Below are positions 52,817 to 64,000 of a stretch of 64,000 bases of DNA, one piece after another. A program made the translations under genes and the position numbers. The notes below the pieces were generated by a model. The model did no database searches and was not told the DNA's origin. It saw only the letters and a program-made list of their open reading frames with translations. The stretch is taken from the NCBI RefSeq assembly GCF_006345805.1, contig NC_043001.1:53382001-53446000 (forward strand). Reading direction: 5' to 3'. Source of the DNA: Octopus sinensis (taxonomy: Eukaryota). The first letter of the stretch is position 1. Every line of letters begins with the position of its first letter.

Positions 52817-55450
52817 AAATTTAATTAGAGATAAAACCACTATTAGGCAACTCAGTGATAGACATAAACCAAGACATAAAAAACGAATCATAAATATGAT
52901 TAATATAACATACAATATATATATAAAATATAAAATAAAAAATTTAAATTATTAAAATTTTAAATTTTTAAATTTATATTTTAAATTTTATATCTTTAAA
53001 TTTTTTAATTTTTAAACTTTTAATTTTTTTTATTAAACTAACCAAAAATATAAAAAAAGTTAAATATACAATAAGGCCTCAACCACACCAGTCAACTAAA
53101 CTCTTCGCTTAGAAATGCATGACTGAGCAGACATACCTCTCCCTTGCCAAAAATTTCTGCGACTATAAAAACTCGTCTATCGAAGTAAACAGTTGAGAGA
53201 TAACCACCAGAATGTAGCGTCGTGAATAGAAAAAAGAAAACGTTACAAGATTAAATATTTATATATATATATATATATATATACACGACGGGCTTCTTTC
53301 AGTTTCAGTCAACCAAATTTACTCAGAAGGCTTTGGTCGGCCCGTGGCTAAAGTAGAAGGCACTTGCCCAAGGTGCCGCGCAGTGAGACAGAATCAAGAA
53401 CCATGCGCTTGGAAAGCAAGCTAATTATCAAACAGCCACTCCTGCACCTATAATATTCACATAAAATTTACAAAAGAACCAAACAACAAACTGAAAGCAA
53501 AATATCCCAAAGGAAAATATTTACATGCAACCATCAACAAGACTGTGCTTCTTTATAACTGGTGGCTCTTTATGCTTCAACAGGGGCAGGATATCTGGAT
53601 TTCTTGAGACGTCTGGCGGTTTCCTGGGTTGATCTCCACCTGTAGTGATAACGGGTGACTAGAACGCCATCATAGATGGACGTTTAGATCGTGAGGTTAG
53701 CTGCTGGACGAGGAGATTGAAAAAGCCTTGAAAATGTGCTCAGACCTTTTCCACTCCTGACAAGTACAGATTGGATTTCCTGATTTTGCCTGTGTGGATA
53801 TGAGAGATGAACAGCATCGGCTAACTATGTTGTACCTAGACATTGTACATATAGACCAGTAGAGAAGTATAGCATACGTTGTTTATTTTTTAAAAATCGT
53901 CGGCTGCACTGACAACAAATTTGTGATCTGCACAATCGGTCAAGAGAGCATTCGTAGACAGGGACCGCAGCGTGCCTGACTTACCGAATTAACACATTAG
54001 TTAAGCAGGTGTTGACGGAATCAATCGTGAACACTATGTAGTGATTTGCGCTGAATAAGCAATTATTGTAGATCGATTAGGTTTAGTAAGGAATTACTGA
54101 TAGAAGGAAATTGAATAAAGGGAAATTTAGTTAGAAACTTTGCAGAGGCGTAACTTGGCAACAAACCATAATATAGTATTTGGTGGACTAATATTAGTGC
54201 ATAGTTCTCGAGCCCGGGCTGATGTGGTCGGCATTTCAGCAGCATGTCCGCCATCTCTTTGAGACGAATGGCAGTCCTCACATGAGTACTTACTCGACTT
54301 CCGGAGTTGGGGTGGTCACATCGCCTGATTTGGATGACCTTCCCTACGAGCTTTTCCTTTATATGTCAGACTTGTGTGGCGACTTTTTAACAGATATCTA
54401 CTAAAACGCACAACACATCGAACGGCATAATTCCTACTTAATTGAGTCGAAGAGCAGTGGCTTCGCTAAGGAAGGACTCAAACAAGAGGGAGCACATAGA
54501 AATTTTTAGACATATGATGCTGCACAGATATTTCAAAATTTTAGCCAAGGTGTAAACAAAGAGGTTGGATCTGGTCGTTGAGGAACTGCCTGGTGAAGCA
54601 CAAACTATCGTCACCCGATCAAATCGCGCCAGAATCTCCACCACATTCCATATACTACATACCATAAATAGGGCAGGTAAAGAAGTTGGCATGGATGAAA
54701 TCCATTTTCGATGAATCAAAAGCCGTCAATGTGGTCGACAACCAATACATGGTGATCGTTCCCAGACGACCAGTTATAGTCACTTTATGTAGTTAGACTG
54801 CCGCAACGTCTACGGACATCTGCTTGGTAGTTCGTGTGAATGGTTACTTATAGAAACCATTCAGCATGATGCCCTTGGTCTGCCCAGGATATCTCCTCTC
54901 GTCCTTTCTGTATGTACTTTCTCCGGAGCAGCCACTGCGCAAATTGGAGCCGTTGAGAGACGTCCTGTGCGAGATAGGATGTGAGAGAACCATATCAGAT
55001 TATGCAGACAATGTCACCGTCAAAGTGTCGAACACGAGGCTTCTAGCCCTGATCAGTTAACCACGCCTGTCCTAGATGCTTACAGAGCGAGAAAACTCAA
55101 CTAAACACACCTTAACCGTGCCCTAACATTGCTGAATTGAAATGTAATGTCGAATACCTGCCGATATGTGAAGGGTGAATCCGGCCATCAGCTAAGTGAA
55201 GATCACCAGTCAGCTTCCTTTGTGTAGGAATAGCAGGTATTTTCTTCTCTTTGTTGGCTATAGCGAAAAGGTTTTCCTTTTGGCGCGAATTAAAGGGTTG
55301 AAAGGCTCTTTTCTTTTTTCATAGGCCGTCATCGACGTTTTCGATTTCTTCATGGGAAGTAAGATGAGGATAATGAGATATTGATCACCTGCACTTTAAT
55401 AAATTTGTACAAAGTGGCGAATGTAGAGGAATAACCTGTATAAATAGAGC
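51340..55450 (+). mobile_element. Near full-length, decayed L1/Tx1-like LINE (ORF1 with CCHC knuckle; ORF2 with APE and RT), interrupted at ~52480-53500
   Basis: ORF1 begins MANQNYSSVAKK (~51397) and contains RKPRCHFCGKTNHVKAFC (CX2CX4HX4C). APE: LVALYAST..VITGD*NAIID. RT: SPDLDDLPYELF, FKILAKV, FDESKAVNVVDNQY, GYLLSSFLYVLS, ISDYADNVTV. C-terminal LARIKGL at ~55290. Confidence 0.85.
52479..53237. repeat. ~160 bp direct repeat (52479-52640 and 53077-53237) flanking microsatellite and AT-rich spacer
   Basis: gcctcaaccacaccagtcaactaaa...aaaactcgtcta.cgaagtaaacagttga...cgtgaatagaaaaaa is present twice with about 90% identity by eye. Confidence 0.9.
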
Positions 55451-57043
55451 TACTATAAGTGTGCGTCTGTAGGCTGAAAATTACAGTTCGGGTGCTTACG
55501 GCTGGAAAGCCATTGATAATAAATCTAATGAAACAGTGTTCATTTATAACTAAGCAACAATGAAAGTAACAAACAGGATATCGGTAATGATGATACCGAC
55601 GGCGATCATGTTAACTATGAGTATATTTGAATACGTCAATTATTGTGATTGAGCTTGCTATTGTTGTGACAATTAGATGCAGAATATAACTGACACCACA
55701 TTTTTTTGTTAAATAAAAATGTAAATTAGTGTCTACTACACAAATATATGGGAGGTGTGCTAGGGCATGCCTTTCTAAAGCTCAAACAATAACAAATATA
55801 TTCTCATATACGCACACACAATATGCATTTGTTTATTCCATACACGTGTCTATGTGACAACATCCTACTTATTAAGACTATTATTTGATTCTCAAATGAC
55901 AATGAAATAAAAAATACTGTATACACAAAACACGTATATTCAATAGCGTCATATATTTATTACGTATGTAGGAATATATTTATGCGTATTTGTGTTTGTG
56001 CATATTCAAAAACATATATGTATCTATATATCCTCATATATATATTAACGCACAGATATGTACACAGAACACGCACACATAATCATGTGTCTGTAATTAG
56101 GAATCCTGTTCAGCTACTTGGAGTTTTACGCACATTATTCGCACGTGAGATCTATATCTTTTTGGTGTTTTAACTTCTTTCAGTCATTAGACTTCGGCCG
56201 TGGGGGAGCACCGTCTTGATGAATTTTAGTTGAACAAATAAAACCCACTACTTATATTTTAAGACTAGCATTTGTTCCATCGTTCTCTTTTTGCCGAACC
56301 GGTCGATTGCTGCGGCGTTAGCACACTAACTCCGGTTGTTAAGCTGTAGCGGGGCAAAGAAGAAGACTCAATTACACACACACATACACACGCATACACA
56401 CACACACTCACACACACATTTACATACGGAGAGAGACAGACAGACAGATATAAGAGACTTAGAAATACATGCGATGGGCTTCTTTCAGTTTCCGTCTACC
56501 TCATCCACTCTCAAATTTGTGCTCATTCCGAGACAATTATAGAACTTCCACGTAGTGGTATTCAACGTGAAACCTTGTGGTCGGGAAGCAATCTTCTCTC
56601 TATACTTTCAAGTCCATGACTAGGAAATATTTGGAGATTTTTTTTTTTTTTAAATCTATCTATATGGTACAAATTTGAGACTGATGTAACTGGGTTTATG
56701 GCGTAACGGAAATATGTTTTGCGAGAAATATTTGAGTAAAGAATTCTAGTTATTTATCTAAGAACAATACGATGAGGTTTGCTAGTGAGAAGAAATTAGA
56801 CTCTCATGTTCGTTGTTGATGACCAGGGTTATATTTTGCCTAGGATAAGTAGGTAAGATCTCAGATGTAATTTGAAATGAGTTCATTGTTCGTGAGTGGT
56901 TGTATGGTAATTAGCTTCGTTACCAACCACATGGTTCCGGGTTCAGTCCCACTGCGTTGCACCTTGGGCAAGTGCCTTCTACTATAGCCTTGGACTAAAG
57001 CATTGTGAGTAAATTGGTAGACGTAAACTGAAAGAAGGCCGTC

Positions 57044-57109
<66 letters not shown>

Positions 57110-57149
57110 TATATATACTATATATATATATATATATATTTATTTATAT

Positions 57150-57203
<54 letters not shown>

Positions 57204-57441
57204 ATGTATGTATGTATGTATTTATGTATGTATGTATGTATGCATGCATAGCTTTGTGTGTCAGTTAGTTAACAACAGATGATGGCGTGCTTATGTCCGA
57301 GTTACTTAGCATTTCGGCAAGACCGATAAAATAAGTACCAGGCGTACAAAGAATAAGTCCTGGGGTCGATTTGTTCGACTAAAGGTGGTGCTCCAACATG
57401 TCCGCAGTGAAATGACTAAAACAAAAGAATAAAAGACCGAA

Positions 57442-57520
<79 letters not shown>

Positions 57521-57729
57521 ATAAATATTTATATATATACATATATATGTATATATGTATATATATACATATATGTATATATATATATACATATATATAT
57601 ACATATATGTATATACATATATATATACATATATGTATATATATACATATATATACATACATATATGTATATACATATATGTATATATATATATATATAT
57701 ACATATATATACACACACACACACACACG

Positions 57730-57767
<38 letters not shown>

Positions 57768-58623
57768 ATCCAAACATGGAAACACAAAGAGAAAACACAA
57801 CAACGCGAGGATGTGTAACAAGAATAGTGTTATTTGACGCTCAGGAAAGTCTGCAACATGCATATGGTCTCGTTTATTTCTTAATATATAAACGCGCGCG
57901 CGCCTACACACTGACATATAGAAATGTCCACAAACTCATGTATATAAATAACAAAAACTGTAATTCAGATAGCCAACAAGTCTTATGAGTAAGACACTGC
58001 TATAATTATTAACAACCATCAAAATAGCCTCAAGAATAATAAAAACAATAATATTAATGATAACAATTGTAATCATAGCAATAAATATATTAATAATATG
58101 TGTGTCATATGTCTAAAGTGTATGTATATCTTTCATTGTTCTCGATGTTTTTAACGGCAGTCAATAATGGTAATTGTTAACTACTTACCAATGTTTCTAA
58201 TTTGAAGTTTAGCTTAATTCTGTCGGTAATCGTCAGCGAGTATAAAAGGTAACTGACACCTATATTTGAGAAACGCTATCAAAGGGATGAGGCTTTGCGT
58301 CGAGTAGATGCCCAAATTTAGTCAGCTAATGTTAGAGTCCCGCTGAGAGGAAAGATGTGATACATTCATGTAAAAATGACAGAATCATTTCACTCCTTCA
58401 ATCATTTATATAAGTCAAACAACAGAAACATGCCGTGAATGTCAATACCATCAACTATTATGACATCGCTCTAAACGTGTCATATACCTCACCAACCGAA
58501 AATATCAAATACGGACACAAACATCGCCAGTGAAAAGGAAACACAACTACAAATATGCGTTCATTCACATCCACGTGAAACAGACACTCTGTCGGTTACG
58601 AGGATGAAGGTTCCAGTTGATCC

Positions 58624-58857
58624 TATTTCTTTACTACCCACAAGGGGCTAAACACAGAGAGGACAAACAAGGACAGACAAACGGATTAAGTCGATTACAT
58701 CGACCCCAATGCGTAACTGGTACTTAATTTATCGACCCCGAAAGGATGAAAGGCAAAGTCGACCTCGGCGGAATTTGAACTCAGAACGTAACGGCAGACG
58801 AAATACAGCTGTGGATTTCGCCCGACGTGCTAACGGTTCTGCCAGCTCGCCGCCTGA
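58624..58857 (-). mobile_element. Young full-length SINE with a 17-bp target-site duplication, nested in an older SINE
   Basis: The TSD aaggttccagttgatcc lies at 58607-58623 and 58858-58874. Confidence 0.9.
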
Positions 58858-59486
58858 AAGGTTCCAGTTGATCCGATCAGCGGAACAGCCTGCTCGAGAA
58901 ATTAACGTACAAATGGCTGAGCACTCCAGAAACACATGTACCCTCAATGTATTTCTTAGGGTGACTAAGCGTGACACGGAGTGTGACAAGGCTGGCCCTT
59001 TGAAATACTTTTGCAGGCTGAGTGGAAATATTCATTTGTGCCGACTGAGTTAACTGGTGCAGCGTGAAATAAATTGCCTTGCTCAAGGACACAACGCACC
59101 ACCAGAATTGAACTCACAACCTTATGATCGTAAGCCAAATGCCCCTAACCACTAAGCCACGCGCCTTCATACCAACATGTAAGTAGCCATGTAAGAACAG
59201 ATTCAAACACACATACGGCTCATTCACATCCACGTGAAACAGACACACATACGGTAGACAGTCACGTGCATTTGTCCACGTGAAACAAACACACCTACGG
59301 TAGACAGGCGCGTGGATTTGTGAGGCGGTTTACCACAGGATCATTTTATTTTTACATAGAGAGTGGGGAAGGAAAAGGTGCACTCCATGGATGATTACTA
59401 GGATATGTAGTTTCTGTAACCGTTCCACAAAATCAATGTAGTGCTAAATTGTATCCATAAATATTCAAACAATGCTACACATTATA

Positions 59487-60348
59487 AGAGGTTTGATCAA
59501 TAAGTATCCGGACTGCTGCCATAGTAACGCCGCTTAAGTATGCAAAGTAAAGCTACTTGGTAAAGATTGACTTTGAACTCTTCCGTGCGTGCGCACTAAG
59601 TCCTAGTTCACTTCCGCTGTTTACAGTAGTGCTTGGAAGGAAGGTGTGTAGCGCGTGATCGTCGCATTGACTATGACAAAGAAAGTTGTCATGGCGATAA
59701 CTGCTCAAAGGCCTACGCATATTTACAGCAAGTGTATGTAGAGGTGTTTCTGAGCCTCACACAAGTGTATGGATGTTTCAGATGTTTCCAAGATGGCCGA
59801 ATATGTGTCGATATTGACGAACGTTCTGAGAGGCCTACAACCGGCAGAACTAAGAAAATATCACAGATGTGCGTGCTGCTGTGAGAAGAAATCGTCGAAT
59901 CACTATCCGTGAGTTATCAAAGAATGTGCAGATTATTACGGTTCAGTTAGGTCCATTAACATTGAAAATTTGCGTATTAGATGCGTGTCTGCCAAGTTTG
60001 TGTTTAAACTGTTTTATGAACCCTCGGATTTCAGTTGCACAAGATCGCCTTGATGTGTTGAGAATGATGAAAACTTTTTGAAAACTTTGGGTAGGCCTTT
60101 GAGCAGGTATCATCGAGCTTTTCGCAAAATTTGATGTTAGTTTTCTGCTCAACTTTCTCTGCCATGGTCAATGCGACCATCACACGCTACACACCTTCCT
60201 TCCAAGCATTGTTGTAAATAGCGGAAATGAGCTAGAACTGCTGCATGCACAGCAGAGTTCAAGACCAATCAGTACCAAGCGGCTTTACTCTGTGTGCTTT
60301 AGCTTCTTTACTATGGGGGCAGTCCGGATATTTATTGATCACATCACG
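59487..60348. mobile_element. Non-autonomous mariner derivative made of two inverted 5' ends
   Basis: TA-flanked ends (gaggtttgatcaataagtatccggact / agtccggatatttattgatcacatcacg) with ~200-270 bp of inverted similarity. The plus strand encodes the HTH part GDNCSKAYA..DERSERP..RRITIRELS, and the minus strand a second start EKVEQKTNIKFCEKL. Confidence 0.85.
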
Positions 60349-60779
60349 TATTAATGATTTTATCCCGGTCTTCACAATAGATATGCCACAAATTTAGGTT
60401 GTTAACATCTTTCACAAAACATCTCAATGCCACAAAACAGACTTACAAAATTTCTTACATATCAACATATATAAACTTGGAATATGAAACGTGAACTTGT
60501 CTTAATTTTCAAACATTACGGACTTTCTTAAAATACATATCCTCTTAAGCCATAAATTTCACCATAATATTTGTATTCAACTGGCTACAAATTTAAAGCG
60601 TAACTTTTCATATAATACCGGCAAACTTAATACATATCAGAATATTAGCCAATAAAATTAAAACACTAAAAGCACTAAAACCTTGTTCCTAGTAACTACT
60701 CCCTAATATCAAATTGCTTGGCTAAAGTTATCGTAAAACAATGTTTAGTTTTTGCTAACAACTCAAAACTGGGCTGGTT

Positions 60780-61340
60780 TCACCTCAGACCTATTGATAT
60801 CTAGCCTTTATTCTTATGCTCATTTTCCAAGAACCATTATTAAAAACATTAAAAACGAAGAAAATGACTATTATAAATCTGACATCCATTCCAGCGAAGG
60901 TGATAAAAAGACATCTAATTATTTTGCAATGAATACCAACCATAATGCTTTTCATAAACCACAAAAACAGTAAATCGTATAAATTTTAAAAGGTAACTGT
61001 CCGCACACATCGATAAAAATAGCATACATCTTGCTATGTATGCGTATGTCAAGTGTGTTTTCGTATTCTCATTCCTGTTATTCTGTTCATAAAATATTCA
61101 TAGTTTTTTATCCACTTATCTCACAGATTTTTCCCTTAAGCATTACTGATGGTAGTAAATTCTTTAAAGCTAACTCGGAATTGATGGGTATGGATATTAG
61201 CGGTGTTGTGTTTTATTTCTAATGAAACTGGTACAAATCTTAATATAAATTATTTACGTTTAATATCAGTTCTATTCTAATGCGATGTTCGGAATGGAGT
61301 TAACGAAACAGGATCATACCGTAAATGTCAATGACATCAA
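60780..61340 (+). mobile_element. Ancient CR1/L2-like ORF2 remnant
   Basis: KNEENDYYKSDIHSSEGDKK (EN-RT linker-like) and WILAVLCFISNETGTNLNINYLRLISVL (NYRPISVL-like). Weak. Confidence 0.35.
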
Positions 61341-61924
61341 ACACATATACATTTTGCTCTAAATGTGTCATGTGCAAAGAACATCCGACAATGGCAGCAC
61401 CATCCCCCTATACACACGCACGCACACATATTCGCACAAGGGTGCGCGCTCGCACACGCATATATAGCGTATATTTTCGTATCTTTTGTAAGTAAGCTCG
61501 CCTCTCGATATCGGACGAGTATATAAGTGACAATCCTCGCACTATATAAAAACTGATTTCAAAACACCAAAAATTAATAACCCTTTTTTCTACTCAATTT
61601 ATCTTAAATCAATCAGTATTTTGTCATTTGTTCTTCTTGTTGCTTGTATAGCATTTGTATACTTTTGCTTAATCAAATCAAATATTATTCACTTTAAGGA
61701 ATAACAAACTTGACAAACTATATGCAAGTGCATACTTCAGTCCTACCAGATATTGTGTTTTTGTATCTTTTGACATGATTACATGAACTTAATTACCATC
61801 TACAAATTCTTTCTATATACCAACTAAATATGCCATATATTAAATTTTACATTATATATACATATTTAAATAATTTTTTATTTTTAACTTTTATATTTTT
61901 AAATTAATTTTATGTATTGGCTTA

Positions 61925-63171
61925 CGAGGGGCGTTCAATAAGTAATTCCCCTGACCCATTTCCCATAGCAGTAGAGCAACGAAACTTGGCACAGTTATTA
62001 GTCTTTTTCTACATAGGAACCACCCAGAGTTATGCATTTCTCCCATCGTTTGATGCGGCTCTGGAGACCGTTTTTGTAGAAGAACCCAGCTGAACGTGAC
62101 TTCAGAAATCAAGGCTGCGTCATCTGGGAAACGCTTTCCTTTCAAAAACAACTTTATGACTGGGAAGAGGTGAAAATCAGAGGGTGCAAGGTCAGGAAAG
62201 TAGGGGGATGGGGGAGGATTTCATAGCCATACGCCTGTGCTTCTGATCTGGCGACAAGCGAGTTGTGGACCGGAGCGTTGTCCTGCAGGAGGAGGATGCC
62301 TTTGCTGATCTTGCCCCGCCTCTTGATTTTGATAACTTCTCTTAATTTCCTCAAAAGTGAAGCATAATAGGCTCCTGCAATTGTGGTACCTTTGCCAGGA
62401 AATCTGTCATCACTACTCCGTCCTGGTCCCAGAAGACTGTGAGCATGACCTTGCCAGCGGAGGGCTGCACCCTTGCCTTCTTTGGAGGGGGTGAGTCACG
62501 GTGCTTCCACTGCATTGACTGGGCTTTGGTCTCTGGATCATCGTGATGGACCCAGGTTTCATCCTGTGTAATCAGTCTTTTGAAAAATGTTGACTCATCT
62601 TCTTGGCATATCTCCAAATTCACCCTCGAGCACTCGACGCGTTCTTGCTTCTGGAAAGGCGTGAGTAACCTGGGAATCCATCTGGCAGACACCTTTTGCA
62701 TATGCAAATGGTCATGAATGATAGTTTCCACAGACCGGTACTAATCTTGACCTCATGGGCTATTTGGCGAATAATCATGCGTCGATCTTCCGAAATGGCA
62801 GCCTCAACTTGACGGACAGATGCCTCATCAATGGCAGAAGGGGCGACCAGATCTGGGAGCTGTTTCCACAGAGTTCCGACCATGTTTGAATTCACGATGC
62901 CAGCGTTTTACAAGGTCATATGAAGGGGCATCATCACCATAAGTTACTTTCATTTCATCAAAAGTCTTCCGTGGTGTGCGTCCTTTAAAATACAAAAGCC
63001 AAATCACTGCTCGACACTCAACAGGCTCCATTTCACACTTGACTCGGTTCAAACACTTGTAAATCAGAAACCACAATTAATTCAGAGCTGTAATTTGCCA
63101 CTTACTCTACAGAGATAGAAATGATTGCACATGCAAGTGGGTCAGAGATATTACTTATTGAACGTCCCTCG
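61925..63171 (-). mobile_element. Full-length mariner transposon (1247 bp) with TIRs and TA target duplication
   Basis: TIRs cgaggggcgttcaataagtaat / attacttattgaacgtccctcg, flanked by TA at 61923-61924 and 63172-63173. Confidence 0.95.
61998..63031 (-). pseudogene. Frameshifted mariner DD34D transposase
   Basis: MEPVECRAVI..SYDLVKRWHREFKHGR..RSGRP; KVSARWIPRLLT; ITQDETWVHH; SAGKVMLTVFWD; LLLQDNAPVH; YFPDLAPSDFHLF; ends GSYVEKD*. It is split over several frames. Confidence 0.9.
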
Positions 63172-63297
63172 TATGTTTTTCACTGTTTGATTTGCCTAAT
63201 ATTGGTTTTGTCTCTAATTTAATATAATATATATATAGAAATATTAAAATTACTATGTCTCTCTAAAAGAGATTACGGCAGCGTTACTGGAAATTAA

Positions 63298-63568
63298 TTG
63301 TTATCGCCATATTAATATGGCAGTCTTATAGATATAAGACTAAAAGCTGCCGCTGATTAGCTCCATGAGGCCATCGCCTTAAGATAGCTATTTGACACAC
63401 AAACTGTGTCCATTATAACCTTCGAACAAGGGAGGTCAGCCGCTTCACAGTGCCAGTCAGACAGCTACAGACCCGTTTCAGGGTATTTGCCCTTTGTCAA
63501 TGGAGCTAATCAGCGACAGCTTTTAGTCTTATATCTATAAGACTGCCATATTAATATGGCGATAACAA
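63298..63568. repeat. 69-bp near-perfect inverted repeat with a 133-bp spacer
   Basis: 63298-63366 versus the reverse complement of 63500-63568 shows a single mismatch. Confidence 0.95.
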
Positions 63569-63574
63569 GTTATA

Positions 63575-63677
<103 letters not shown>

Positions 63678-64000
63678 TATATATACATATATATATATCA
63701 GTTGAAGCATAGTCTGGTTTTCAAGTTTCTTTGTGGTATTTTAAAAAGATATAGATTTTTTGTACAATGCTGAAGTGTGTGAAATATTAAAAAAATATTT
63801 TGTAATGTTCATGAAGTTCAATTATCGCTTTCATACGTTCGTAGTAGTTATCCGATTCCAAAATGTATTTCACTGACAGTTGAGTTCTTGACAATTGTAG
63901 TAAAATGACTAACTTCTTCCCTTTTGCACCTCTTAAAAGGCTCGAACAAGACGAATACTTTGAATACGAAAACAATTAACAAAGGCAAAATTGAACATGA

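Noticed and set aside
60800-61050. GPCR TM3-like peptides on the minus strand (IHCKIIRCLFITFAG; MLFLSMCADSY)
   Set aside because: They lie in different stop-riddled frames, and the plus strand is better explained as a LINE remnant.

Overview
AT-rich, microsatellite-saturated eukaryotic DNA. The host is most likely a cephalopod (Octopus); this is an inference from the tRNA-derived SINE families, the dense (TA)n/(TG)n/(TAGA)n/(ATT)n runs and the retroelement mix. I recognised no intact host protein-coding gene, rRNA, true tRNA or CRISPR array, and almost all ORFs in the track are microsatellite translations or pieces of decayed transposons. The window is a transposon graveyard: RTE/BovB, R4/Dong, L1/Tx1, CR1/L2 and Penelope retroelements, mariner, maT, MULE and Helitron fragments, and many SINEs. 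Four things stand out. (1) A 4.9 kb array of about 9 near-identical copies of a ~546 bp unit (8821-13693), which folds back on itself at a perfect 1-nt-spacer palindrome at 12129 and sits in (TA)n at both ends; it resembles a rolling-circle concatemer of a small structured circle, of biological or library origin. (2) Two well-formed type I hammerhead ribozyme motifs (1947-2024 +, 34081-34171 -), plus decayed ones at Penelope ends. (3) Two independent RTE insertions with the geometry of twin-priming 5' inversions. (4) Several foldback or MITE-like inverted repeats. Coordinates of decayed elements are approximate, and all alignments were done by eye.
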